This document shows positions 46,667 through 56,377 of a stretch of DNA of 62,366 nt, piece after piece. A program made the translations under genes and the position numbers. This stretch comes from an uncultured Spirochaeta sp. (lineage in GTDB: Bacteria; Spirochaetota; Spirochaetia; DTKZ01): assembly GCA_937140905.1 (NCBI GenBank), contig CAKZQO010000053.1, positions 1 through 62,366 on the forward strand. The letters are read 5' to 3'. Position 1 is the stretch's first letter, and every line of letters begins with the position of its first letter. Below the pieces are notes generated by a model, which was given only the letters and a program-made list of their open reading frames with translations, was not told the DNA's origin and searched no databases.

Positions 46667-49233
46667 ATCAATATCCCCCGTTGACCGATAAATAACAGCT
46701 CCAACTCCTGTCCAGGCCAGTACTGGAATGATAGCTCTGATCCATTCGGCCCAACAGGAATAATTAACATCATAGAAGATCTTAAATAATCTACATAACT
46801 TCCCGTTAGATTCATCGATACGTAAGGAGTAAAGCAGTCCACAGGTCCTAGGTTGGAACCAAACGGCCGAAATGCTACTCGTGTGTTTCCCCACGCGACA
46901 TTTTGGGCTGGATTGTATGAGCAGTAAACGTCTAGAATTACACCTTTAATGTTAGTGTAGGATCGTCTGGCAATATTAACTGTGTACCATACTTGAGAAG
47001 TGGTGATGGGAGTGTTAACAAGGGTAACGCCTGGATCATTCCACCAAATCATGTGGCCCATATAATATTCACCATTCGCGATAGCTTGGTCCGGTATATC
47101 ATGGATTATCTTGTTTTGTGCGTCTAGCGCTTTTAATCCATCGATTGTAGAGATTCTGATTCTTCGGTTTATAGCATCCTTAATGTCGATCAGACCATCT
47201 GCAATCTTGAGCTGACCATTTGATCCTTGCCAGAAACCGGGGACTGCTTGTCCAGTATCCGTTCCATCCTCTGTGTAGCGGTTTCCACCTCTGATCGATC
47301 CTCCAGGTTGTAGTTTGATGTATTTAGAGAATAGCTTTTCTATGAAGGTATAATTAGATAAGTTTTCAATAAAAGTTTGATTTGCGGGTAGAGATTGAGA
47401 GAGCGGATCCGATCCGACAGGTGCGATCTTAGATACGTAGAATCGTTTGGATAATTGCATCGCTTTTGCAAACCGGAAGGAGCCAAGGGTACGATCTCCC
47501 CACTTTGCGTATAACGGTGAAAAGAGGCTCATGTTCTTGTGCGTTGCCAGAATATCCACATATCCTGCATCAATGTCCAATCGAGATACGTAGTAGGTTT
47601 GCTGGATCAGATAGCCTCGTACTCCGGAGGATTCTGCTACGCTCAAGTGCCAGTTTGAGGTATCTAGTTTATCCGCCAAGCGTACTTCTATCTGCGTTTT
47701 CGCATCCGATAGAGACACGTTTCCATTCCAGTCTGCATTCAGCGAACAGGATTCAGGGGTCAACTCTAAACGCGCAGCCCCCAACAGCGTCAACTCGTCT
47801 GCAGATCCCTCAGGTCCTTTGATAGTTTTTGCGAGGGAACGGGGTTGGGCAAGGGTGGGGGCAGCCAGGCCCACGCATCGGTAGTCGTAGACCTGGGTCT
47901 CTGCGTCAAACGACCGCTCCGTTAGTAGCGCCAGGGCATCGATGCCTGCGTAAGGGTCGATCAACCGGAGAATTGATCCGAGGGGTAGGGAGTAGTCTAG
48001 CTTGAAGCGGTACCGCCAGCAAGCGGAACGGATTCGCTCGGCACGGAAGGCACATAGCCTTCGTGCGGTGTCGCCGTCATGAATATAGAGGGCGTCGTAC
48101 CGGTCTACGGATGCGGGGTTAGGTTTTAGATCGTATCGCAGTACCACCTCTGCGGATCGATACACGACGTCGCCTCGAATGTTGCAATAGTAGATGTGGC
48201 GAGGGGAGATGTCGGTATTGCGGTAAGCAATCCTGGCGCGTCGATTTTCGAAGATGGCAACTTCCCGGTGAATGCCGAACTCGTACTTTTCCTCGATTGT
48301 GTGATTCTTCGTAAGCACAAGGGAGGAGAAATCTTTATTCACTTCCACCTCTCCTCGTTCATTAACACGGTGTGCCAGGGCCTTGTCATCGTACTCGAAC
48401 CAGGTTTCCTGGACGTTTGCTTCCTCGGGCCATAGGAATCCTGGTTGGATAGGCCATCCTGAACGCAAGCCATTGTCTCCGAAGGGCAAGTCTGCCATGT
48501 ACAGCAGGGTGTTCGTCCTGGACTTTAAGGGGTAGTAGGATAGTTCTACTGCATCTGCCTCTTTGGGCAGTTTCTCGATCTCCAGCGGGGCTTGAATGTC
48601 GGTCTCCGTGAGGAGGATGGATGGACTAGGTGTGTCGTACAGATATTGGAAAAGGACCAGTTTCCCATACGAATCGAACCGGTAAGTGAACCCATACTCA
48701 TAGAGGAGGGTGTCTAATGCGTCTTTAATCGTGCCCTCATCTACGGAAAATCCCTGCAGGACCCTGTCGATAGTTGTCGATAGATCGAACTCTACACCTG
48801 CTAGGCTGAGTAACCGATGAACGGCGCTTTGGGCTGGGTACAACGGATGGCAGACATAGGCATTTTCGATGACTAACCCGTCTGAGGGGGTAATGTTTCG
48901 TTCTAGCCTGTAAGTAAAGTCCTCTAGCTCTACCTCAATGTCTGCGACATCGGGCTGCCCCGATACCGAGGCGCCGTGGGATTGGATACGCAACGAGGAG
49001 GGAGCTATCCGACCAGTGAACTCTCGCACCCCCTCCAAATCCACGGTAGCTAGGACACCTTCCGCGGCAAGCAAGGTGAGTAGATCCGATGAGTAGCGGA
49101 ATACGACTACTCGAGTGCTCACCGCATGGCGAAACTCTTCGTTGCAAGCATAGTCTGTGGATCGGTAGGCTCGAACGAGCGCAGATACATCGTGTTCCTG
49201 GGTACCCACAATCAGTTTACAGGTGATCGTCAT
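46663..49233 (-). CDS. Phage tail-tip / distal tail protein (large)
   Basis: 856 aa, immediately downstream of the tape measure gene. Call is by position in the gene order. Confidence 0.65.
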   Translation of the reverse strand: MTITCKLIVGTQEHDVSALVRAYRSTDYACNEEFRHAVSTRVVVFRYSSDLLTLLAAEGVLATVDLEGVREFTGRIAPSSLRIQSHGASVSGQPDVADIEVELEDFTYRLERNITPSDGLVIENAYVCHPLYPAQSAVHRLLSLAGVEFDLSTTIDRVLQGFSVDEGTIKDALDTLLYEYGFTYRFDSYGKLVLFQYLYDTPSPSILLTETDIQAPLEIEKLPKEADAVELSYYPLKSRTNTLLYMADLPFGDNGLRSGWPIQPGFLWPEEANVQETWFEYDDKALAHRVNERGEVEVNKDFSSLVLTKNHTIEEKYEFGIHREVAIFENRRARIAYRNTDISPRHIYYCNIRGDVVYRSAEVVLRYDLKPNPASVDRYDALYIHDGDTARRLCAFRAERIRSACWRYRFKLDYSLPLGSILRLIDPYAGIDALALLTERSFDAETQVYDYRCVGLAAPTLAQPRSLAKTIKGPEGSADELTLLGAARLELTPESCSLNADWNGNVSLSDAKTQIEVRLADKLDTSNWHLSVAESSGVRGYLIQQTYYVSRLDIDAGYVDILATHKNMSLFSPLYAKWGDRTLGSFRFAKAMQLSKRFYVSKIAPVGSDPLSQSLPANQTFIENLSNYTFIEKLFSKYIKLQPGGSIRGGNRYTEDGTDTGQAVPGFWQGSNGQLKIADGLIDIKDAINRRIRISTIDGLKALDAQNKIIHDIPDQAIANGEYYMGHMIWWNDPGVTLVNTPITTSQVWYTVNIARRSYTNIKGVILDVYCSYNPAQNVAWGNTRVAFRPFGSNLGPVDCFTPYVSMNLTGSYVDYLRSSMMLIIPVGPNGSELSFQYWPGQELELLFIGQRGILI

Positions 49234-52200
49234 GCATACGCTCCTATTGCTCCAACGGGAAGCGTATTCCTTCGCTTCTTCTTTGCCATCGCAAGCAGGA
49301 TTGAGTCAGCTAGCTCATCCTGGGTGACCACAGATCCAGAGACGTACAATGTGATGTTCACCACCTCGGGGGTGGATGTAGAAGGGTTTTTAAGCACTAA
49401 TTCCCCCCTTCGGATCCCTTCGGCAAAGGTACGGGGCACGATCATCTCTCCTTCATGGACCTGCCCGAACATATCCTGAGGAATTCTCCACGCTCCCACA
49501 TCCCAGGAAAACAGCTTCTTGACTGTCTTGCCTGCTTTACGGGTAGCGTCTCCTACGAAATCGGCCGCTTTCTTTATATATCCTCCTGCCTGTGCTCCCA
49601 GGGCGGCTCCTGCGACAGTTCCTACGGGACCTAGAAAGCTCCCTAGCCCAGCGCCTAAGGCAGCCCCGACTAGGTTGTAGGGATTAAACCCACTGCTCAG
49701 CGCAGTTTGGGCACGAGTGGGCTGGGAGCCTCCGCTTGACAACTGATCTACTGTTCCCACGATTTTTACGTTTATCCCCTGGCTTAGTTGGTTGTAAATA
49801 GACTGGAGTGTCGCTAGCTGCGCCGCTTCCGCGGCAGCAAGCTGAGCAAGCCCTGCCTCCTTCTGTGCGTTGGCGGCCGCTACCCGTGCTTCGTATTCCG
49901 CCTCCCCAAGCGCACCTACCTCCAAGAGCTTGCGTAGGCTCGCGATGTTTTTCTGGTATGCGTCTTCGATCTCCCTGCGTCGCTGCGAGAAAGACTCCCG
50001 CACCCGATCCATCTCTTCGGATATCCTCTCCATTTTTTTGCGGATTTCTTCTTGCTCCTGGACGATCTGATCAGTTGTTTTCAATTTTTCCAGGTAGGGG
50101 ATGGAAACTCCCACCCAGCCCAATACCCAATTGATAGTCCGGATCACCCCGTTGACAATGTTTATAACCGCGTTACCGAAGGGAACGATCACCTGGTTAT
50201 TCAGCCATTCGAAAGCTCGCCCGATGAGACGGGCAGGAACAAGGGCGATCTGCAGGGCAGAGGACAGGATCCGAAGGAATAGCGCCGTTTGGCTGAGAAA
50301 GGGAGCGAGGGTCTGGGCCAGAGAGCGTCCGATTTGAAGAAGAACATCCACAATGGGTTGTAGGGCGTTGTTTAGCAGGGGTTCTAATAGCTTTCTAGCC
50401 CCTTCTAGAATAGTCTTAAAGGGGTTGAGAACCTTCTGTACGTTCTCGACAGAGAGGGCGAACTCTACGATCGCCTCAATGGCCATGGTGATTGGGTCTA
50501 TCGCGAAAGTGCCTGCAAAGCCAGCCATCTTACCTACTTCGCTTGATGCGGCCTGTGTTTGGAAGGTCTTGGCAGCGTAGGCTCCCCACTGTCCCTGCCG
50601 TGCAGCCAGGCGCCGGCTTTCCTCAAAAGCCCGTTTTGCCTCTTCTATCCGGGTTTCTGCAGCCTTCTTAGCTTCCTCTTCTTCGGTTTTGCGGATCTGT
50701 TCGGCATACCAAGCGGCAAGGCGTGCTTTCTGTTCTTCGGTTCCTTCGAACAGGGCAAGCTCCCGGTTCATCTGGACTCGTAGATCGTCCACCCTGGTTT
50801 CCGTGAGCCTGGCTTCGAACTCGGTAACCTTTAGTTCTTGCTCGATTCGCTCCCGAGCGGCTTTTCGTTCCTCTTCGATCCGCGTGGAGGCAATCAGCTC
50901 GGTGTAGTAAGCCGCTATCCGTGCCCGGGATTCTTCAGATCCTCTAAAGGAGGCAAGGGCACGGTCCCGTTCTACCTCCAAGTCGTCAATACGGGTTTGA
51001 GTAAGGCGAGCCAACTGTTCGCGCTCCGTAAGTGCAAGGGACTCTATCACCTGTTTTCGCCTGGCGTTGTAGTAGGCGTTGATTTCATCAATAGTCTTTT
51101 GATTTAGTGTTCCAATGTAGGCTGCAGCCGCTTCTTCGAGTTTCTTTTTCCTCTCGTACTCGATCTCTGCCTCGGGCCCTTTAGCCTGCGCCTGGAATCG
51201 CTCATAGGTTTCCGCCCACTGCTCTTTCCATTTGCCGGCGATCTCGTCTTTTTTCTCCTGAATCAACCGCTCTACAATGGCAATCTGCGCCTGGGTCTGC
51301 GACAGGAGTGCCCTGGTTGCCGCATCCTTAACCTTTTCCGCATGGAGGGCCGCAAGGTTAGAGCGCAGTGTGACGAGGGTAGCGTTCAACTCAGCCATGC
51401 TTTTGTCTTTCAGGCTTGCCTTGTAGGCCTCTAATGCAGCTCGTGCCTGGTCAATTGCCTGGGAGGTGTCACGGAAAGAGGAAGAACTGCTACGAGAAGC
51501 CTCGCCTGTTTGCGCCATCGCTTGAGCAGCCTTAGACTGGGAGTTTGCGTAAGCCACTACAGCCGCGGTTCCTGCCGCTACGGCCGCGATACCGGCTAGT
51601 AAAAGGGGGTTTAACATGGCCAGAGCTTTATTTACTGCCATAACTGCCGCAAACTTTGTCCAGTGCGCTGCGGCAGAGAGGGCTGTTTTTGCGGCTAGCA
51701 CCGTGAGAGCAGCCGACACTGCCGCGATGGAAAAGGCAAGGACTCCTTTCAGTACTGGCCCTGCTTGGGCAGCAGCCGAGGCCACCGTACCGATCGCATT
51801 AGCCGCCATAGTCAATAGCGGGGCCAAACCTTCCCCCATGGCCTCCATTAGATCGCCCACCGATTCCTGCATCCGCTTGAAGGCAACCGCGCTCGTCCCG
51901 CTCATGGATTGGGCCGCCCCTGCATAGAGACTGCCTACTAACTCAATGGCTTTGCCCGCCTTTAGCTCCTCTTCTGTGAGATCCTTTAACTGCGGGATCA
52001 GGCGGCCAATACGGCCCACCATGCCGCTGAGGGTTGCGGTGAGTTCCTGTACGCTGCCGGCCAGCTCTTCTCCCGTGACGGCCGAGAGGTCTGCGGCGAC
52101 GGTGAGGATTTGCCGTATCTGCGCCTCGCTTTTACCCTGCATGGCAAGCTCAGCGGCGAGCTGCTTTACATAATCGTCGCTTGCACCGGTAAGAGCCTGT

Positions 52201-52760
52201 AGCTGGGACGCGAACTCTGCCAGCCGATGCGCGCCCGCGGTATCTCCTCGCATCGCAAAGGCCATCTCGAGGCGTTTTACCGATTGCTCGGCCTGGGCAA
52301 AGGCAGTAACTGCCTCTATAGCGAAGCCAGAGATCTGCCGAGCCATAGCCGCAAACGCCCCACTCTGGGCAAGGGCACCGATCTTCGTCTCCAGCGTATT
52401 CGCCCCCTCACCCAGCTGTTCCAGCTTCTGGGCCGTTTCCTCATATTGGCGTTTTAAATCTTGTAGCTGCTCCCCCTGGGGATCCAGACCCTGATCAATC
52501 AGCTGCCGCATGGCCGCCTCCAGAGCCTGCTGCTTCTCCCGTAAGCCCTGGACCTCGGATCCCATGAGGCGAGCAAACTGGGTGGCGGATTGGATCTCTT
52601 TATTTAAGTTGGCTAAAACGGCCTTTGTCTGTTCAGAGGAGGGGCCAAGTGTTTTCACGTCTTGGCCGAGCTTTTTTAGGTCCTGCGATACGGTCTTCAG
52701 GCTGGAGAGGGCTTTCTGCACTTCTATCTGGATTTCCAGTCTAAGCTTTTCTTCGGTCAT
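49230..52760 (-). CDS. Tail tape measure protein
   Basis: 1176 aa. Ala/Gln/Glu-rich coiled coil with central hydrophobic segments. Lies downstream of the chaperone pair. Confidence 0.9.
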   Translation of the reverse strand: MTEEKLRLEIQIEVQKALSSLKTVSQDLKKLGQDVKTLGPSSEQTKAVLANLNKEIQSATQFARLMGSEVQGLREKQQALEAAMRQLIDQGLDPQGEQLQDLKRQYEETAQKLEQLGEGANTLETKIGALAQSGAFAAMARQISGFAIEAVTAFAQAEQSVKRLEMAFAMRGDTAGAHRLAEFASQLQALTGASDDYVKQLAAELAMQGKSEAQIRQILTVAADLSAVTGEELAGSVQELTATLSGMVGRIGRLIPQLKDLTEEELKAGKAIELVGSLYAGAAQSMSGTSAVAFKRMQESVGDLMEAMGEGLAPLLTMAANAIGTVASAAAQAGPVLKGVLAFSIAAVSAALTVLAAKTALSAAAHWTKFAAVMAVNKALAMLNPLLLAGIAAVAAGTAAVVAYANSQSKAAQAMAQTGEASRSSSSSFRDTSQAIDQARAALEAYKASLKDKSMAELNATLVTLRSNLAALHAEKVKDAATRALLSQTQAQIAIVERLIQEKKDEIAGKWKEQWAETYERFQAQAKGPEAEIEYERKKKLEEAAAAYIGTLNQKTIDEINAYYNARRKQVIESLALTEREQLARLTQTRIDDLEVERDRALASFRGSEESRARIAAYYTELIASTRIEEERKAARERIEQELKVTEFEARLTETRVDDLRVQMNRELALFEGTEEQKARLAAWYAEQIRKTEEEEAKKAAETRIEEAKRAFEESRRLAARQGQWGAYAAKTFQTQAASSEVGKMAGFAGTFAIDPITMAIEAIVEFALSVENVQKVLNPFKTILEGARKLLEPLLNNALQPIVDVLLQIGRSLAQTLAPFLSQTALFLRILSSALQIALVPARLIGRAFEWLNNQVIVPFGNAVINIVNGVIRTINWVLGWVGVSIPYLEKLKTTDQIVQEQEEIRKKMERISEEMDRVRESFSQRRREIEDAYQKNIASLRKLLEVGALGEAEYEARVAAANAQKEAGLAQLAAAEAAQLATLQSIYNQLSQGINVKIVGTVDQLSSGGSQPTRAQTALSSGFNPYNLVGAALGAGLGSFLGPVGTVAGAALGAQAGGYIKKAADFVGDATRKAGKTVKKLFSWDVGAWRIPQDMFGQVHEGEMIVPRTFAEGIRRGELVLKNPSTSTPEVVNITLYVSGSVVTQDELADSILLAMAKKKRRNTLPVGAIGAYA

Positions 52761-53067
52761 TGATTTCTAGCTGCTCCTGCTCCATCCGATTCTGTTCAAG
52801 GTTGAAAGCTCGCAGAACCACTACGGCCACCTCTGGCCAGTCCATCCACCCCCCTGGGTACGGTGGATAGGGTGCGAGGAGTTTTGTCTGCACGTACCAG
52901 CTATAGGCCTGATAGAACTGTTCATTCACATACAGAGGGATTTGTCGGTAGCTGATAAAGATCGGCTTACCCTCTTCATCCAGCACTCCGGTAGGGACAA
53001 GACTGTCCCGTTTCTCGGGCCGGATTTTTGCCTGGTGCTTACCGTCCAGGAATAGCCGGTAAGCCAC
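52741..53067 (-). CDS. Tail assembly chaperone, frameshift-extension (T-like) part
   Basis: 108-aa ORF in the -1 frame relative to the upstream chaperone. It is open from the slippery site onward. Confidence 0.6.
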   Translation of the reverse strand: MAYRLFLDGKHQAKIRPEKRDSLVPTGVLDEEGKPIFISYRQIPLYVNEQFYQAYSWYVQTKLLAPYPPYPGGWMDWPEVAVVVLRAFNLEQNRMEQEQLEINDRRKA

Positions 53068-53069
53068 CC

Positions 53070-53462
53070 TCAGTTTTTTTCGTCCACCTTGGAGTCGAGT
53101 TCTGAGCGGAAAAACTCTGCCAGTTCATCGATGAGCTCGTCCAATGCAGCGGGGGCCTCCCACAGCCCTTTGGCGTCGGTGATTATCTTCCTCTCCCCAT
53201 CAATGGTGCACACCAGCCCCTCAATCCGCACCAGCATGCCGTCAATAAGGGTCTTGCGGTCCTGCACCACTACCGTCTCCCCGCCCTGCACGTTGCCCTG
53301 GGCATCGTAACGGAACCGCAGCTCAGGCCGCGGAAGAAGTCTCGCTTTCATTGCTACCGTGGGGTTACGATACGTGACCACGATCCGGTCCGATTCCGCT
53401 GCCTCCCGATTCCCGCGAAACTTCGGGACATAGGTTAATTTGGTGGAAAACTGTAGCTCCAT
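53070..53462 (-). CDS. Tail assembly chaperone (G-like)
   Basis: 130 aa, located between the major tail and tape measure genes. Confidence 0.7.
   Translation of the reverse strand: MELQFSTKLTYVPKFRGNREAAESDRIVVTYRNPTVAMKARLLPRPELRFRYDAQGNVQGGETVVVQDRKTLIDGMLVRIEGLVCTIDGERKIITDAKGLWEAPAALDELIDELAEFFRSELDSKVDEKN
53073..53080 (-). other. Programmed -1 ribosomal frameshift slippery site A_AAA_AAC
   Basis: The minus strand reads GAC GAA AAA AAC TGA. The -1 frame then reads AAA AAA CTG AGG GTG GCT TAC, which equals the start of ORF 52741-53067. Confidence 0.6.
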
Positions 53463-53474
53463 CCTTGTCCTCCG

Positions 53475-54146
53475 TTACAACACCCGTTCATAGTACACGG
53501 GATCTGCCACGAAGCGGAACTTGCTGGTGAACTCCTGCTTGTTCCCGCTTTCGGCTCCTAGATTCACCCCGTATAGCTCGATCCTCGCAAATAGGAAGGC
53601 GTAGGTTTCTCCTGTTTTGTTGGTGTCTCGGATTACTCCCCGGATGTATAGGGGGCTAGAGTTAATCTCGCTCACGGTAACGGTGGAGCCTGATCTTTTC
53701 ACGATCTTCACAAATTGATTCAGGAGCCCTCCCGCTTCCCCAGTAACCCCCAGGGTGAAGATTCCCTTCACTTGCCCCTCCGCATCCGCTTTTCCCTTAC
53801 GGTAGGTTAGTACCTTGTTCACCAGTCGCGTTGTTTCTATTTCTTTCGCGCTGAAGGAAGCACTCCATGAGGTAGCATCCAGGAAGGGCGTGGCAATCGC
53901 CTTCTTTGCCTTGTCCCCGACGACCATTATTTCCGTACCATCGGCAGGGAATAGGTCTCCCACGTTCAAGGCGCCGAATATGCTTCCGGTGGATGCTTTT
54001 GCGGTAATCAGCCATTCGCCTTTTCCTTTGCCGGTGCCTCCCGCATGGGTGTCAAAGGTTTTAGTTCCGTCCCCGACCTTCTCTTCGTCAAACTCCACCC
54101 GTTCGATCGTCGCATCGTCTCCGATAAGAGTTAAATACTCTGGCAT
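53475..54146 (-). CDS. Major tail (tube) protein
   Basis: 223 aa. Call is by gene order, directly upstream of the chaperones. Confidence 0.68.
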   Translation of the reverse strand: MPEYLTLIGDDATIERVEFDEEKVGDGTKTFDTHAGGTGKGKGEWLITAKASTGSIFGALNVGDLFPADGTEIMVVGDKAKKAIATPFLDATSWSASFSAKEIETTRLVNKVLTYRKGKADAEGQVKGIFTLGVTGEAGGLLNQFVKIVKRSGSTVTVSEINSSPLYIRGVIRDTNKTGETYAFLFARIELYGVNLGAESGNKQEFTSKFRFVADPVYYERVL

Positions 54147-54149
54147 ACC

Positions 54150-54356
54150 TTATTCCTCCCTCTGTTTTTTTCTCGGGCTAAAGCCCATATCAATACCTTC
54201 CGGCTTGCCGCTAGGGTGTTCCTTCAGTTCCACCCGCTCCTCCGCTTCCGCTCCCAATAGGGCGCTGCGGTAGCGGAGGGCCGTCAGTCGCCCCTGCTCA
54301 TACACGTGCGTCACCACACAATCCGCCGCGCCCTTGATACGTTCTAGATCATCCAT
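54150..54356 (-). CDS. Phage hypothetical small protein
   Basis: Start moved to the ATG at 54356 (MDDLERIKG...), preceded by GGGGGAGGAAG. The track ORF extends into the upstream gene. Confidence 0.5.
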   Translation of the reverse strand: MDDLERIKGAADCVVTHVYEQGRLTALRYRSALLGAEAEERVELKEHPSGKPEGIDMGFSPRKKQREE

Positions 54357-54367
54357 ACTTCCTCCCC

Positions 54368-54811
54368 CTATGTAAAAAAGATCGTTGCTTTCCACTCTTC
54401 TCGCGCCCACACAACGGTGTCCTCCGCTGGATCCTCGAATACTGCATCCTCCGGACTGGTGGTCCAAACAATCCGAGTGTTCGGGATCGTGTTCCCTTGC
54501 GTGTCTTCTAGCCTTCTGACATCCTGGCTCTGATCGATTAAGAACTCACTGGCAGATAGAAAGCGCCGCAGAGCTGTATCGCTATCAATTCGTGCAGCAA
54601 GCAGAAGGGCTACCACAAGGGCTCGGCTATCTTCCGTGCGTGCAGCCTGCGTGCGCGGAGGGGGGAGCACCTTTCGGGGCAGTAGCCGTAAGGATATGCC
54701 GGGCTCCCGTACCGCCAGGGGAGCACAGAGCACTTTCAGCTTAATTCCCTCCGCCTCTGTCCTGCGTTTTAACTGCGCTTCGAATAACTGCAACACCTCG
54801 GATGCCTGCAC
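54368..54811 (-). CDS. Head-tail joining / tail completion protein (hypothetical)
   Basis: 147 aa. Call is by position only. Confidence 0.5.
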   Translation of the reverse strand: MQASEVLQLFEAQLKRRTEAEGIKLKVLCAPLAVREPGISLRLLPRKVLPPPRTQAARTEDSRALVVALLLAARIDSDTALRRFLSASEFLIDQSQDVRRLEDTQGNTIPNTRIVWTTSPEDAVFEDPAEDTVVWAREEWKATIFFT

Positions 54812-54815
54812 CGCC

Positions 54816-55379
54816 TTACCCCTCTACCACCGACCGTTTTAGGTAATCCGTAAGCATTCGTACCGACTCGGGCGGAAGCTTCATGAATGGTCGGGCTGGA
54901 ATGGTTACCGAGGTTCTCAAGACGAACAGCGGCATCGGCTCCTTGCCTCCCTTCTTCCGTCCCATTACTACGTTTCCCTGCCTCCAGATCGACCAGCCCG
55001 AACCCTTCAGTTGATCCAGCATCACCCGAGGCTGTAGATCAGTACCCCGCATCAGGGTCCGTACCCAGGGACCCGCGGGGATTGCAAGAGCCTTGCTCTT
55101 CACCGGCCGCACGACGCCCCCGTTGTGCAGAAGTTCTGCGGCCGGGTGGTTTGTTCCGACCTCTACGTTGTTTCCCTTTACCCGGTAGGTAATAGAGGAA
55201 AGGAGTTGCCCCCGGTCCCGTAGGGGTTTGGATCCCTGTTTCACCGATACGGTGAGTGCGGCGTTCGGAACCCAGGAACCCTGTTCAATGTTCTTCTGCA
55301 CCAGGCTCACTGCCACTCCCCCCAGACCTTCCAGTAAGGCGGGATTTCGAAGTTTCTGTTCCAATACCTCCAGAATCAT
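54816..55379 (-). CDS. Phage virion morphogenesis protein (Mu gpG-like)
   Basis: 187 aa. N-terminal pattern ...KNIEQGSWVPNAALTV...KPLRDRGQLLSSITY resembles the virion morphogenesis family. Confidence 0.65.
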   Translation of the reverse strand: MILEVLEQKLRNPALLEGLGGVAVSLVQKNIEQGSWVPNAALTVSVKQGSKPLRDRGQLLSSITYRVKGNNVEVGTNHPAAELLHNGGVVRPVKSKALAIPAGPWVRTLMRGTDLQPRVMLDQLKGSGWSIWRQGNVVMGRKKGGKEPMPLFVLRTSVTIPARPFMKLPPESVRMLTDYLKRSVVEG

Positions 55380-55831
55380 GGCCAGTCCTTTCGTTTAGGC
55401 ACCGTAAGAGCGCCCAGCGCCGGCTTTTCCTCTAAGGGCTTTTCCGCCTCTGGATAATTCCCGTAGGTGGCAACAATAAGATCCTTCGCATGGATGCGAT
55501 ACTCTCGGCCTGCCTCTGCATTCCCTAAACTTAGGTGTAACTCGTAGATCGTGAGCAGGATCGCCACCTCCCGGTCAATCGATACATCCAGATTCAGGAC
55601 TCGGCCCAGGCGTGCATAGACAGCCGATGCTCGTACTACGGCCCGCTGCATCGCTATCGTCACCCTATCCTCGGATCCATCGGCGAGCTGCTCGTACAGC
55701 CGGGTGGATAGCCGGTCCTTAATTTCAGCTGCCGTTACGGGGGTGCCCACTACGGCGGGAACCTGCTCATAACCTCGGACCCCTGCCGATCCCTCTTGCC
55801 CTAGTAGATCGTCGAAATCTGTCAGCCTCAC
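55376..55831 (-). CDS. Head-tail connector protein (Mu gp36/DUF1320-like)
   Basis: GTG start at 55831 overlaps the upstream TGA (GTGA). The track ORF start at 55900 overlaps the M15 gene. Confidence 0.5.
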   Translation of the reverse strand: MRLTDFDDLLGQEGSAGVRGYEQVPAVVGTPVTAAEIKDRLSTRLYEQLADGSEDRVTIAMQRAVVRASAVYARLGRVLNLDVSIDREVAILLTIYELHLSLGNAEAGREYRIHAKDLIVATYGNYPEAEKPLEEKPALGALTVPKRKDWP

Positions 55832-56289
55832 GCCACCTCCCAGTGCGGGCAATCCCACCCCAACGTGGCCGCCGGATGACTCTTCCAGTCCCCTCCCCAC
55901 ACAAACCCATGTTTACGCGCAATCTTACCTAGCGATAGCCACACGCCCTCTGGCGCATTCCACAACAACCGCCCCGTTTCAGCCTCAAACGGTACAAGGT
56001 CCAGCGCAAGCCCGTCCTGGTGCTTGCTACGCTTTAGGATCCCGTCCGCATGGGTTATTACACTCCCCGCTTCCTGCAGGGCCGGCAGCCCCGCCGCCGA
56101 CCGCACCTGGTTTACCTCTTCTAAGCCACAGCGGCCCTGGGCAAAGTAGGCAAGCTGCCGCAGGATGGGTCGACGGGTTTCGGTAATGAACACATCAAAG
56201 CTTAACTGGACGAGATCCGCCTCTGCTTCAAGGAATCTCCGTCTTGCTTCAGGGGCTAAGCCATCGATCTTAGATCTACCGTACACCAT
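55828..56289 (-). CDS. Peptidase M15 (VanY / L-alanyl-D-glutamate endopeptidase-type) cell-wall hydrolase
   Basis: 153 aa. Zn-ligand pattern SKHQDGLALD ... DCPHWE. Confidence 0.78.
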   Translation of the reverse strand: MVYGRSKIDGLAPEARRRFLEAEADLVQLSFDVFITETRRPILRQLAYFAQGRCGLEEVNQVRSAAGLPALQEAGSVITHADGILKRSKHQDGLALDLVPFEAETGRLLWNAPEGVWLSLGKIARKHGFVWGGDWKSHPAATLGWDCPHWEVA

Positions 56290-56377
56290 CTCCTCTCATC
56301 CCCCTTAGAGCTAGTGAGGCTGCCCGGGATTTCTATAATCAATCTTGTCTTGGCTCCCGGACAGCCCAATGGGTGGC

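Noticed and set aside
46667-46894. N-terminal 76-aa extension of the NlpC/P60 ORF
   Set aside because: It overlaps the 3' end of the 856-aa tail gene. The internal ATG at 46666 gives a classical lipoprotein signal peptide and abuts the upstream stop.
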